Assembly: GCF_001194135.2 (NCBI RefSeq)
Contig: NC_068988.1
Coordinates: forward strand, 81,656,486 to 81,710,127
Length of the DNA: 53,642 nt
Reading direction: 5' to 3'
Source of the DNA: Octopus bimaculoides
Lineage: Eukaryota
Shown here: one piece after another, positions 11,438 through 23,844 of the stretch
Numbering within the stretch: position 1 is the stretch's first letter
Layout: each line of letters begins with the position of its first letter
Notes under the pieces: generated by a model
What the model was told of the DNA's origin: nothing
Database searches by the model: none
What the model saw: the letters and a program-made list of their open reading frames with translations, nothing else
Position numbers and translations under genes: made by a program

Positions 11438-12124
11438 CTTAAATGGCTTAATGGCCAAGTATCTTAGCACTCAACTAGCCCAGTCTACACCTTGGTACTA
11501 TAGAGTAGGGAAAAAATCACTGCTCTAAGCATCAACTGCACTCTAAAATGCACAAGTGGTTTGCATGATTGTGGTGTGAGTTCAAATCCATCTGTGAGTG
11601 TAGTTAGCAGCAGTTTAGTGAACAATGATCAAGCAACCTTTGGTCAAAAACATTCCAGCATGACCATCCCTTTAGAATTATCAAGGGATATGTTAACTCT
11701 TGTGACCTGTTTTGTAAGATAGGGAATTACAATTTGAGCTTCATGCAGCTGCCATTTATAACATACTGATTGGCCTCATAAATTCAAGCAAGGCAAGTAG
11801 ATGACACTTGTTTCATGTGCAAATAATCAGTAGAACTGCTACACATTAATTCCTGTGATCAACTGATTGATTTACCTCATAATTAATTAATTAATCAGCT
11901 AAACATTAACTATACAAACCTCAGCATTTAAGCGTATCTTTTAGTGTTGGAGCAGAGAACCTTGGAAAATTAGGGTCACTGGTCTGTTTCGTTTGAGAAA
12001 TTAATGAGATGATGGGAAGTGAAGAGGGAGAGGTGTACAGAGTTACATGAAATAACGATGGATCAAAATCTTAGAGATCAAAGTCAGATCAAAGGGAGCT
12101 GTCCCAAAACAACACGCTATCAGT

Positions 12125-12132
12125 AATGATAG

Positions 12133-12174
<42 letters not shown>

Positions 12175-12350
12175 CAATGACGACGATGACGACAAAGAAG
12201 AGGAGGAAGAGGATGATGAAGATGAGGATGAAGAAGAAGCTGATGAAGATGAAGATGAAGAAGAAGCTGATGAAGAGGATGATGAAGAGGACGAAGATGA
12301 GAATGAAGATGAGGATGAAGAGAAGGATGAGGAAAAGGAGGAGGAGGAGG
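12125..12350. repeat. (GAT)n/(GAA)n/(GAG)n microsatellite mosaic
   Basis: Direct reading. Confidence 0.95.
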
Positions 12351-12702
12351 TCCAGAATTTAGTTAATATTTACAAAAGAAGTATACTAAATCACAGAGGA
12401 GCATTTTATTAAGTAATGTTCAAATTAGAGCATTGAATAATTTGAAACCAAAATTTATTAAATGTGCCTGGAGTATATTTGGAAAAAATTAAAAAAACAC
12501 AAAACAATGAGAAAACTGTGTGAGGGACAAAGAGGAAGAGGAAGAAGTGAAGGAGTTATATTTTATGTTAATAGGAAATTTGTGGTTTTGTGATTGATTT
12601 AAAATCTTGTCATTTCATTCACTTCATATTTAGGGCTCATTTTAGAAATACTGGCTAACTTCAGAACTGGTGACAACTGTTGGTGAAATTTAGTACCATA
12701 GA

Positions 12703-12865
12703 AGGAGTATTAGTTAAATCTAGAGTTAGGAAGGATCGGTTAACCGTATTTGTTAAGTGTTAAGGAGCATTGGTTAACTGTAGTGTTAAGAAGTATTGGT
12801 TACCTGTAACACTAAGGAGTATTGGTTAACTCTAGTGTTAAGGAATATTGGTTAACTGTAAGTTA
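12703..12865. repeat. ~26-bp minisatellite AAGGAGTATTGGTTAACTGTAGTGTT, about 6 copies
   Basis: Direct reading. Confidence 0.8.
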
Positions 12866-13104
12866 TACTGGAGTATCTTAGGAAATGTATTCAAACTGAT
12901 ATCTGTAGAAAGAAATGTTTTTAGCATTTTTTCCCCTTATTTGATATTCGATTGATTTAATATCATTATATTCTAACAATTGATGTCCGCTCCATCACCA
13001 CCTCACCAATTGCGGTTAAATATCTGGAGGGAATTAGCAGACTTTAATGCTAAGAATACAATAAAAGTAAAATTGAAATCTCAGTTGACAGTTAAATAAT
13101 AATA

Positions 13105-13765
13105 ATGGATTTAAATTTTTGCACAAGGCCAGTGATTTTAGGGGAGGGGAAAAGTTGATTACATCAACTGGCACTTATTTTATCAACCACAAAAGAATGA
13201 AAGGCAAAGTTGATCTCAGTGGAATTTGAACTCAAAATGTAAAAGGCCAGAAGAAATGTTGCTAAGCAATTTTGCAGCAATTTGAATGGAAGGAGACAAG
13301 GAGATTATATTAACCCTAGTCAATGTTATAATCTGTTTGATTGTTATTTTATTTTACTAACCCCAAAAGAATGAAAAGCAAAGTCAGTCCCAGTGGAGTT
13401 TGACTTCAGAATGCAAAAGGCCAAAAGAAATGCTAAGCGTTTTGTCCAATGCACTAAAATTTCTGCCAGCTTACGCCTCTGTTATTGAAGATGACGATGA
13501 TGATAATGATGGTGACAACAATGACAACAACAATAACAATATTAATGATTTCTTTATTAACCGTCAATGTTCAATGAAAATAATAATCCTTTCTACTATA
13601 GGCACAAGGCCTGAAATTTTGGGAGAGGGTCCTAGTTAATCACATCAACCCCAAAACGATGAAAAAGCAGTCGACCTTGATGGCACTTGAATTCAGAATG
13701 TAAAATTGGAAGAAAGTCTGCTAAGCATCTTGTCTGGTATGCTAATGATTCTGCCAGCTCACTCC
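13105..13765 (-). mobile_element. Three diverged copies of tRNA-derived SINE family S1
   Basis: Each contains AATGAAAGGCAAAGTTGA..TTTGAACTCAGAATGTAAA..GCTAAGCA-like sequence, the reverse complement of the S1 copies at 26642-27862. Confidence 0.75.
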
Positions 13766-13803
13766 TTTGTTGTTGTTGCTGTTGCTGCTACAGTTGCTGC
13801 TGT

Positions 13804-13837
<34 letters not shown>

Positions 13838-14023
13838 AGGGTCTAAATGTTTCATACAAAAGCAAATGGGGGAATATACATCTATTATAAATGAGTGGGT
13901 GGAGCAAAAGTGTAATACAATACATTGTGGCAGATACAAAAATTAAGTAAAACACCTGAAGACATTTTATCTACAAATAGGTGAGAAACCACTTCTTAGA
14001 TAATATCAGGACACACCATGACA

Positions 14024-14061
14024 GTGGTCGACCACACAGTGAGTCACCTGAATTGCGTCAT
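14024..14061. promoter_or_regulatory. Dense transcription-factor motif cluster (Runx-like palindrome, AP-1, E-box, C/EBP-ATF)
   Basis: GTGGTCGACCAC 14024-14035, TGAGTCA 14040-14046, CACCTG 14045-14050, ATTGCGTCAT 14052-14061. Confidence 0.3.
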
Positions 14062-14188
14062 GAGTATTTTTGATTGAAACCGAAAGATTCCTTCAATCTC
14101 AAGGGAGTAACTTTGGCAGTTGTATATATCAGTCATGTGTAAACTGCAGCTTGTAGACTGTGTGCAGCACATGGAACTTTCTGAATAG

Positions 14189-14228
<40 letters not shown>

Positions 14229-14247
<19 letters not shown>

Positions 14248-14295
14248 ATCATCATCCTTTAACGTCCGTTTTCCATGCTGGCATGGGTTGGACAA
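14229..14295 (-). mobile_element. S2 tail fragment
   Basis: CCTTTAACGTCCGTTTTCCATGCTGGCATGGGTTGGAC after (CAT)n. Confidence 0.85.
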
Positions 14296-15095
14296 GCAAG
14301 CCTAACAAAAAAAAATTGCCTTTTTTTTAGTAGAGTATATTAGTAGTGCAGTCTGTTGTTGAGTTTGAGGATGAGCATGATGGTAAGCTATGTCTCTAGG
14401 GGTATACTTCTTGAAAATGGTTCCCCACACCTGCTCTATATTATAGACAGTTAGTGTTGTTTCCCTCAACCATCTGTCATTCTAGGGATTTTAATATTGA
14501 TCACCAGTTGGTCCTCACCAATCAGTACATCATTTCTTCTGTCCATCTTTTTCTTTCTTGAGCAGTTCCACTTGATTCTTAGTAGTTTTCTTTCAGACTA
14601 CTGAAGAACTTCATACATTCTGGAAGGTTTGGTGTTTCTTCAAAATGGGAACTTCCAACATCCTACTTACCTTTAGTCTGGTATTAATGTTAATTAACCC
14701 CTCATTGCCTTTCTTACTGTCTTCAATGGTTTCACACCTTTCTTTTGTCTCTAAGTTCTCCCTAAGAGTGAAACAGCTGTTCAGAGCCCCTGACCAATTC
14801 TGATGCAATAAGAAACTCTTTACTCTTTAATTTTCCACCTCATTAACCCTTGAGGAAGGGATTTCAATTGTCTCCGCCTCCACTCTGGTTGTCATTGCAA
14901 CTGTGATAGGTGACACTGTGAACAATAGCTGCTGTAATAGCAGCAGTAGTAGTTATAGTATCTTCTCCTCAGAGGCCTACTGTTCCTAACATGTTCCTTA
15001 TCAGTACCAAAACAAATATGTAGCAACTGGATCTTCTTCCCTGCCTGGACCACCTAACTGACTCCCTCTATTTGGGTTAATATCGAAATAATTTA

Positions 15096-15318
15096 AGGCA
15101 ATGAGCTAGAGAATCACTAGCATGCTGGGTAAAATGCTTAGTTACATTTTGTCCATCTTTATGTTCTGAGTTGAAGTTTTGCTGAGGTTGATTTTGCCTT
15201 TCATTCTTTTGGGGGTCAATAAAATAAGTACCAGTTGAGCACTGGAGTCCGATGTAACTGATTATCCCCATCCACCAAAATTTCAAGCCTTGTGCCTATA
15301 CTAGAAAGGAATATTGAG
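15096..15318 (+). mobile_element. SINE family S1, full-length diverged copy
   Basis: AAGGCAATGAGCTAGAGAATC head through CCTTGTGCCTATACTAGAAAGG tail. Confidence 0.8.
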
Positions 15319-15604
15319 ATCATTGGGGTGGCCATGCAGAACCCACCTAATCACATGTTTCTGCAGATCAAGTCAGCACCCAGCCCCTGCTTGTATTCCT
15401 GTACCCAAAAGGTAATGACAAATAATGGTTAACATCACTACCAATATTTCTGGTTGTGATCCCCAATTTATCATTTACCACAGTACCAACAGATGGGATA
15501 GCCATGTGGCACATCAACTGCAGTACCAACATGTGGGGAAGCCATATGGCATACCTTCTGCTGAAACAAATGTGGGCAGCCATATTTAATGATAATAATA
15601 ATGT

Positions 15605-16065
15605 TTCTAATTCAGGTACAAAGCCAGCATTTTCAAGAGTAGAGCTTAGTTGATAAGATCAACCTTAGTTCATGACTGGTGTTTTATTCTATTGTCTGAG
15701 TGATGACAGTCAAAGTTGGTTTGATGGGATTTGAACTGGATGAGGTACCAGACAGCATTCTCCTCTGATGCTCAAATGATTCTGCCAACCCATTTTCCTG
15801 GACTATGATAATATTGATAACAACAACAACAGCAACAACAACAATAATAATGGTTTCAAATTTTTGGTACAAGGTCAGCAATTTAGGGTAAGTGGGTAAG
15901 TCGATTACATCGACCCCAGTGCACAACTGGTACTTATTTTGTTGACCCGGAAAGGATGAAAGACAAGGTTGACCTTTGTGGAATTTGAACTGAAAATGTA
16001 AATAAAACGGACGAAATGCCACTAAATATTTTACCCAGCATGCTGATTGTGCCAAGCTCGTCAAT
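15605..16065 (-). mobile_element. Two S1 SINE copies
   Basis: 15855-16065 is well preserved (GTCGATTACATCGACCCCAGTGCACAACTGGTACTTATTTT); 15605-15790 is diverged. Confidence 0.8.
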
Positions 16066-16090
16066 AATACTAATACTACTAATACAAATA

Positions 16091-16130
<40 letters not shown>

Positions 16131-16159
16131 TGATGATGATGATGATGATGATGATAATA

Positions 16160-16710
16160 AATGTCCTGATGCAGTACCAGGCAGTGGCTCTCATGGCTTG
16201 TGATCATAACTGATTAGAAGTGTTATCATGTACATTGTTTTGTCTTGGTATAAAAGATGGGCTACAGCAAATATTCTGCTTAATACCACAGATTTGCGTG
16301 TCAGTTGTTTGACCTTAACCAGTTGAGCATATCCCTTGGTGGCTGACAATATGCGCATCTCTGATCATGAGCAGAAGTAATGGGGGGAGCATCATGGCTG
16401 AGAGGAATTCTTTGGGGTTTGGATAATTCACTTTTGGAAACATAGGTGTTTCGTTCAGCATCCTTACAAAACCTTTATTCAGGGACTTTTTGAGCAGAAT
16501 GGGCTACTCGACCTGAAGAAAATTCTAACTGGGCCCCACCTGCGAGGTCATGCACTGTTTATCTTGATATGAGATCACCATGAGATACCCATGGTTGTGA
16601 TTCATGTGCCTGGTGTACGTTTATCAGACAGGTATAAATGATGGGTGTACTGGGGTTTGTATATTTTACCCCAGTGTCACTTTGATGGCATGCACTGTTC
16701 TCTCACTTGA
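16160..16710. mobile_element. Unclassified ~550-bp interspersed repeat
   Basis: Higher GC, bounded by trinucleotide tracts on both sides, internal hairpin ACTGGGG/CCCCAGT at 16649-16675; I recall similar sequence as an octopus repeat (unverified). Confidence 0.45.
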
Positions 16711-16826
16711 TAATAATAATACTACTACTACTTATAATAATAATAATAATGATGATAATGATGATGATGATAATGATGATGATGATGATGATGATGATAA
16801 TAATGATGATGATGAAGATGATGATG

Positions 16827-16885
<59 letters not shown>

Positions 16886-16886
16886 G

Positions 16887-16942
<56 letters not shown>

Positions 16943-16990
16943 AGCAGCTTCATCATCATCATCATTATTATTATTATTATATTACTGATA
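16710..16990. repeat. Compound (AAT)/(GAT)/(CAT)/(CAG)/(TTA) microsatellite
   Basis: Direct reading. Confidence 0.95.
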
Positions 16991-17648
16991 ATATTCAGTG
17001 ATTATTCCTGTAGTACATAAGATGATCTTCTGGTGAAGCAAGAATAGCTGAAGCTCATTTTACTTATGTTGAAAATACTCTCAAGAAATATAGCACTGTC
17101 ACAATCTCTGTATGTCTCTGTCTCTTCCCCCCCCCTCTCTCTCTCTCTCTCTCTGTTGCCTTTCATCTCTCTCTCTCTCTCCCTCCCTCCTGCTCCCCCA
17201 CCCTATAAATCTGAAACCCTGCCCTTTATATCAGGAAAAAAAAATCAATATTTTTTTATATATTAGTATTAAATAAAGTAATACAAATTTTAGAGAATTG
17301 AAACAAAACCAAAAAAGAAATATATTGTTATAAAAGTAAAGTAATGAAATTAAAAAAATAAAAGAATTCAAATTGGAAATATGATCTTAATGATTAATAT
17401 TAAAATAAAAATAATAATTAAAGAATTGGTATGAAATACTCCAACAGAACATAACGAGAAATGGATTCGCTTCAGTGGTTGACAATGGTGCAGACTATTC
17501 TCACGTAGTATGTTGGTGGTAACATATCACAAGAATAGAATACATACGTACATAAATGCATATATAAATGCATACATAAATACATACATACTTACACACT
17601 TTCATACTCAAACAATAGCATAGCATACTCACATATATACATGCACAT

Positions 17649-17699
<51 letters not shown>

Positions 17700-17816
17700 C
17701 ATACACACATGCATATAATCAGACATACATACATATAAACAGATACATGCATTCACACATACTTTCATGCATACACATACACATGCACATATAAATCTCC
17801 CCCTCTCTGCCTACTG

Positions 17817-17862
<46 letters not shown>

Positions 17863-18080
17863 ATGTGTATATATTACACATACACACATGTACATACAGA
17901 TACATTCATGCATGTATACTTTCATGTATACATGTCATACACATTCATTCATACACGTATATATACATACACACACACACACATACACACACAAACACAC
18001 ACTCGCCCATACACTCTGCCATACAACTCTCCATATCCTAGTAAATAAAAAGTAGCTAAGTTAGAGGAAATCTATCACAA

Positions 18081-18137
<57 letters not shown>

Positions 18138-18701
18138 NNNNNNNNNNNNNNNNNNNNNNNNNNNNNNNNNNNNNNNNNNNNNNNNNNNNNNNNNNNNNNN
18201 NNNNNNNNNNNNNNNNNNNNNNNNNNNNNNNNNNNNNNNNNNNNNNNNNNNNNNNNNNNNNNNNNNNNNNNNNNNNNNNNNNNNNNNNNNNNNNNNAAAA
18301 AAAAAAAAAGAAAAAAAAAAAGATAGAGAAAAACAAAACAAAAAAGAAAATAGATAAAAAGTAAAAACACAAAATATATGAAACACAAAGAAAAGAAAAA
18401 TATTAGAGAAAGACTATAAGAATTATTTATGATAAATATATTTATATTTTTGTTTTTCCATCATGAAAATGGCTGATATAAAAATTGTAGATGGAGTCAT
18501 TCTCTCCATAATCAATTCAGTCCACCATTTTACCTTAGAGATGCCCTGACACTTTATTTATTTATGTATTTATTTTGTATTCCTTTTGTCTAGTTTGTTC
18601 CCCACCATCGTCACCATTTTTTTTTCTCCTTGCTCTGTGAAGTACAGTTCTTTACACAATGAAAACAAGGAGTAAATAGTTGAGAGAATATGGCTGCAAC
18701 G

Positions 18702-18765
18702 GTGCCCACGGCAACAATAGTAACATTAAGGGTGTCCATAGTAACAGCAATAGTGTCCCTGGAAC
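18702..18765. promoter_or_regulatory. Cluster of three RFX X-box-like motifs
   Basis: GTGCCCACGGCAAC 18702-18715, GTGTCCATAGTAAC 18732-18745, GTGTCCCTGGAAC 18753-18765; forkhead-type GTAAATA at 18672-18678. Confidence 0.35.
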
Positions 18766-19030
18766 AATATAGTTCACATGAGCACAGTGTAGAAAAGTAA
18801 TTAGCTTAGATAACGAACTATTTCACATGGAAAGTTTGCTATGAAGAAAGAAACAACAGAAACAACACAAAAGCATGAAAAAGAAACATTAAGAAAAAAA
18901 AAATATGATAAGTTATAAGAACTGAGATGGGAAATATTGAACTCTTACATTATAGGATGTGAGTTCCAATAGACTGAAGGTATTTCGTAGAGTCTATAAG
19001 TAAAGTATATAACTCAGTTTATCTACGAGT

Positions 19031-19093
19031 GGAGAAGAAGAAGAAGAAGAAGAAGAAGAAGAAGAAGAAGAAGAAGAAGAAGAAGAAAGAGGA

Positions 19094-19154
<61 letters not shown>

Positions 19155-19180
19155 AAGAAGAAGAAGAAGAAGAAAGAGGA

Positions 19181-19268
<88 letters not shown>

Positions 19269-19283
19269 AAGAAGAAGAAGAAA
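19031..19283. repeat. Higher-order microsatellite (GAA)n-AGAGGAG-(AAT)n, repeated
   Basis: Direct reading. Confidence 0.95.
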
Positions 19284-19564
19284 GTATACCAGATCTTGAG
19301 GGAATGTTACTTGGGATATATTGCTGTTACATACAGAGAAGTTTATATCTCTTGTCTACCAACTTCCTCTATAAATTGGAATTAAGCACTGGTTTTATGA
19401 TAGAATGTTGCATGTAAATATTTTATAACAAGCAATAAGCTATGGGTGACATCATATATATTCAGTGTTAATATGTTCTAGCAGATTTGAACGAGAATAT
19501 TCTTCATGACAAAATACATCAATCATTACCACATTCACATTCAAATCTGCTGAAATACACTGCT

Positions 19565-19740
19565 TTCAGATTTTGGCACATCGACCCCAGTCCTCAACTG
19601 GTATTTATTTTATCAACCCTGAAAGGATGAAATGCAAAATCAACCCCAGCAGGATTTGAACTCAGAATGTAATATGGTGAACTGCTACTAAGCATTTTGC
19701 CCAGCATGCTAACGATAAGGTAGCATGCTTGCTGCCTTAT
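19565..19740 (-). mobile_element. S1 SINE copy
   Basis: CATCGACCCCAGTCCTCAACTGGTATTTATTTTATCAACCCTGAAAGGATGAAA. Confidence 0.8.
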
Positions 19741-19765
19741 TCTTGTGGAATATATCAAGAATTAG

Positions 19766-20444
19766 TTCACCATGCACATGATGATGTATGCAAACATCAG
19801 CATACATCAGTATACATCTGCAAATAATTTAATTGTTGAATCCTAAGAGCCAAAACCCTTGTTAGATTCATTGGTGCAGGGTAGCTTTGGCTGAGGAGAC
19901 AAACAACAAGGCTGAAACTCTAGTATCTTGTAGTAGTTGTCTTACCCCAGTGAACTGAAGCTGCTATGAACACACATTCATCTCAAAAGAAAAGTTATTC
20001 TCTAATGACAAAATACAACAACAATTTCACATTTGAATCCACCAGAATGTATTAAGAATAAATATATATGCCATTGTCTGAGTCTCACTGTTCACTGTGC
20101 ATATGATGGTATATTACCAGTTGGCAGACATCAGCATACATCAGCATACATCAGCAAATAATTAGTTTGCTGAACCCTATAAACAAGAGCCAAAACTGTT
20201 GTTAGATTTATTGGTGCAGGTAGCTTTGACTGAGAGAACATACACAAAGTTGAAACACTTGTGTCCCAAAATCTCCTTACCCCGATAAATGAAGAGTGTA
20301 ATGAACATGCATTTATCTGAAAGGAGAAGTTGTTCTCCAACATTAAAATACAACAGCAATTTGTATATTCTCATTTGAATCTGCAGGAATGTATTAAGAA
20401 TAAATATGCACATCACTGTTTTCTTGCTATTCACCATGCACATG
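19766..20444. repeat. Diverged tandem duplication, unit about 325-340 bp
   Basis: Anchor TTCAC(C/T)(A/G)TGCA(C/T)ATG at 19766, 20091 and 20430; both units share CATCAGCATACATCAG, AGAGCCAAAAC, TTGGTGCAGG and GAATGTATTAAGAATAAATAT. Confidence 0.85.
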
Positions 20445-20929
20445 GTTTATTAATAAATGTGGAGATGAACCAAAATCCCAAGATCTAAAATTAAAATAAA
20501 TAAATTGATGGGATTAGCTGAAATATTTATTTTTACCATAATCATAGACTCAAATATAGTTTATCATTCCACAACTTTTGTTCTTCATTCGTTATATTCA
20601 TCCCCTCATCCCATCTCTAACCACATCACACTTTCCCCATACACACAGCCCCATCCACCAACATACACTGTTTGTCTGTCCCTCCACTTATTTCTTCTAC
20701 CCTGAAACCTTGAGGGTCCACCCTGACCTGACACCTCATCACCTCTATTTCATCTTACTTTCCAGTGTGGTTACTCCCTCCATCTCTTTTATGATGTGAG
20801 TTGTCACACCACTCCTACACAGCAAGAAACCTGTTTTGTTCTGATCCATATTTTTATACTTTAACTTCTCACCTCCTAGTATAAAGCTACCACCCCTCCC
20901 TCTCTAATGCATTAAGGAGAATATTATCC

Positions 20930-21150
20930 TTGCAAGCTGCATGGCAACCCGACTAGTGCTGGAGCTATGAAAAAAAAAAGGCACACAGTACTTGCTATAA
21001 AGTAATTGGTGATAGAAAGGACATCCAGCTATAGAAACTATGCCAAAGCAGATACTGGGGTATGAAGGAATCCTCAGATCTATTGGATCCTGTCAAACTG
21101 TTAAGTCCATGCCAACATGGAACATGGATGTTGAGAAATGATGATGACGA
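20930..21150 (+). mobile_element. S2 copy (diverged)
   Basis: GGACATCCAGCTATAGAAACTATGCCAAA..CCATGCCAACATGGAACATGGATGTT(GAT)n. Confidence 0.75.
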
Positions 21151-21589
21151 CAATGATGATGATGATAATGACAAAGACAACCATGATGACAACAATGAGG
21201 ATTTTGGAAAACTGAAATTTTTAACATTTCTATTAGGTGCTTTTTTGTTAAAAAGCATGAATTTATTAGACTAACAAACAGGCCTTATTAGCTTATGATA
21301 CACAGTTTTCCCATTATTCAGGGCTTTTAAGAGGAAAACTGAAAACATATTGCCTGATAATAATTTTTAAATACTTCAGGATAAAATCTTAATAAACTGT
21401 CAAATGAAACAAAAAATCCGCAAAACTATGGAAAACAAACTTCACAGATTTGCATGATTTTAACATCACTTTTATATTTGCTAGACTCAGTTTTAAAATG
21501 TTGTAAACATTTTAAACCTGTTAAGAAATCTATGTCAACATTTCAACAGAAATACAAAATATGTATGATTATATAATATTACAGTTATG

Positions 21590-23330
21590 ATGAAGAGAAC
21601 TTCATTTTTTTCATTTGAAATATACTCAAGTCTCTGGATGTAGATGGAATATTTTATGGTATCAAGCCGTTAAGAACATATCTCACATGTTGAAAATGAT
21701 TTTACCACTAAGCTGGTTTATCTACTTGAGAAGATTTAATCTCAACCAAGTTAACAAAATATTTTCCAACATGTACCACCATATCCTCTGATTACAGTAG
21801 CAGCTGTTGTTGTGTACACCATCCCATATCAGCTCTGATGATAATGTAGAAGTTCCTTCACTGGTTTGGCAGTAGCAAGGGTAATTCCTTAAAGTGGTTA
21901 TTTATAGCTAAAATGATAGGAGCAAGGGTAGTTCCTTGATGTGGTTATTTATAACTAAACTGGCAGGTACTTATAGATAAATAGACACAAGTTGGTTCCT
22001 TGTAGTAGATATTTACAGCTAAATGCTGTAGGCCCTTATTCTTAACCAAGGATAATTCCCACTCTATGAGACATTTAGAAATTCCAGTGGAGAATTATTC
22101 AAGTTTGAGAAATTCTTTATCAATATTTGTTAGATTTCTTTTCCACAGTGTTGATTTTTAGGGATGTCTAATTCAAATTATAATGTATTTAGTCATTCCT
22201 AATAAATTCTGGTAGACATGAATGCAAATACATCAATTGGTGTTATATTTTGTCTTCTGAGAACTACTTCTTTCAGACAATGTGTGTTTACAACACACCT
22301 GATTCTTTGATGTAAGGGCACTTTAAGACACTGCAGTGTTTCTACCTGGTTGTGCCTGTTCAGTCAATGTTACCCCTGAATCAATAGAATTAAACAAGAG
22401 TGGTGGCTCTTGTTTATAGAAATCAGCAATTATTTGCTGTCTGTTTGTAAAAACCAATTATAAATCATCAGGTGTATGCAGAACAGCAAGAAGCAAAACA
22501 ATGATGTAACTTTTCATTCTTGCTGATCTAATGTGTATATACAAATTGTTGTTGCATTTCATCTTCAGAGAACACCTCTCCACCTTTAGAAATGTCTACA
22601 TTCACAAAAGCACCATTTATAATCAAACTTCTACTTGTTTCTATCAATATGTGATTCTATGATCAAGGTCTTTCTCCGTTTGTTTTGTTTGTTTCATTTA
22701 ACTGGAATTTAGAAAACATTTAAAGCAGCTGTTGAATGAATTCAATGCATGTATGGAAATATTCTGATGCTTTCTTTACATGAGGCTCACATAGTTATAT
22801 GGAGTCTATGAGACTCATTTAAATCATGTCTTCTGCACTATTTAGTCCTTTAGTTTCAATTTTATCAAATTCATCAAAATCGAGTTGATCCGTGTAAACT
22901 TTGAGAACAATCTTAAATAGATTCAGTCGCAATGATAGGAATTAGACCCTTTCAGCATTTATCAATTTCTTTGGGGAACAAACAGATTATAAATTGCTAA
23001 AACTTTCAAGTTCCAGGGGTTTTGTTGTTACCAAAACAATATGGCTTTCATACCTTTAATAGATAAAAACAAACATTTTATTGATCATTAGTGTCCAGAA
23101 GATGTTTCATTCTTGCTGTAGAGCATTGCAGAAGTAACAAAATCTGCTGTATCCAGGTCATCAAGTACAGGTTTGTTATTATTGTTTATGTTGGTGTCTA
23201 CAGTGTTTATTTAAATACACCCCTGTTTCCATGGTATCTTTTACATTTAGAATGTTTATTTAAATGATGGCTCAAATTATGGCATCAGACCTTAAATAGA
23301 TCCATCTAAACAGGCAAGCATGAAAAACAC
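21590..23330 (-). pseudogene. Possible decayed intronless coding sequence of unknown family
   Basis: Protein-like stretches in a persistent frame (LFKIVLKVYTDQLDFDEFDKIETKGLNSAEDM; INGAFVNVDISKGGEVFSEDEMQQQF; QIIADFYKQEPPLLFNSIDSG) broken by stops and a few frameshifts. Confidence 0.3.
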
Positions 23331-23844
23331 ATGTAGCAGTAATATTATGTTATATTATATATAATAAAGAAATGACATCAGAGTTATGCAATAAAACTGT
23401 ATTTTGTACATAGCTAATATTTTCTCATATGTAATGATGGTGGGGAAAATCAGGATGGCAAAGAACCATAGAAAAAGGTTAAGACTATTTGAATAAAGCC
23501 ACCAAAGGATGGTATCTTTGGTACTGGAGAACAATGTAGTACAGGTGACCAGAAAGCATTCAGACTTGGTTGTCTATTGCAGTGCAACTAACCATAAAAC
23601 ATTGGTCACCCACATATTTCATGTGATTGACCAATGTTGTGCAATAATTAAAATATTAGAAGATATTAGTGTCTAGTGCAGTACGATCAACTATAAAACA
23701 TTGAGATGCTAATGTCCAATGTAGTACAACTGACCATAAAAACCTTGACCCTATGAATTGGTTTTCTAATTATATCTTGGTTCAGACTTTTGAAACAACG
23801 AAGCAAGAATTATGTTCTGCTTTTTATAGAACACTATAAAAATA

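Noticed and set aside
13007-13023. 17-nt minus-strand micro-exon candidate
   Set aside because: Competing AGs upstream and too short to distinguish from chance
14420-14440. GGTTCCCCACACCTG resembling a hAT terminus
   Set aside because: No partner end or target-site duplication found
16430-16490. Minus-strand CTGAATA..CGAAAC hammerhead-like spacing
   Set aside because: Core is non-canonical and neither stem I nor stem II forms
18949-19022. 74-nt minus-strand exon-like segment
   Set aside because: All three frames are closed and the pyrimidine tract is simply the (CTT)n microsatellite; a UTR exon cannot be excluded
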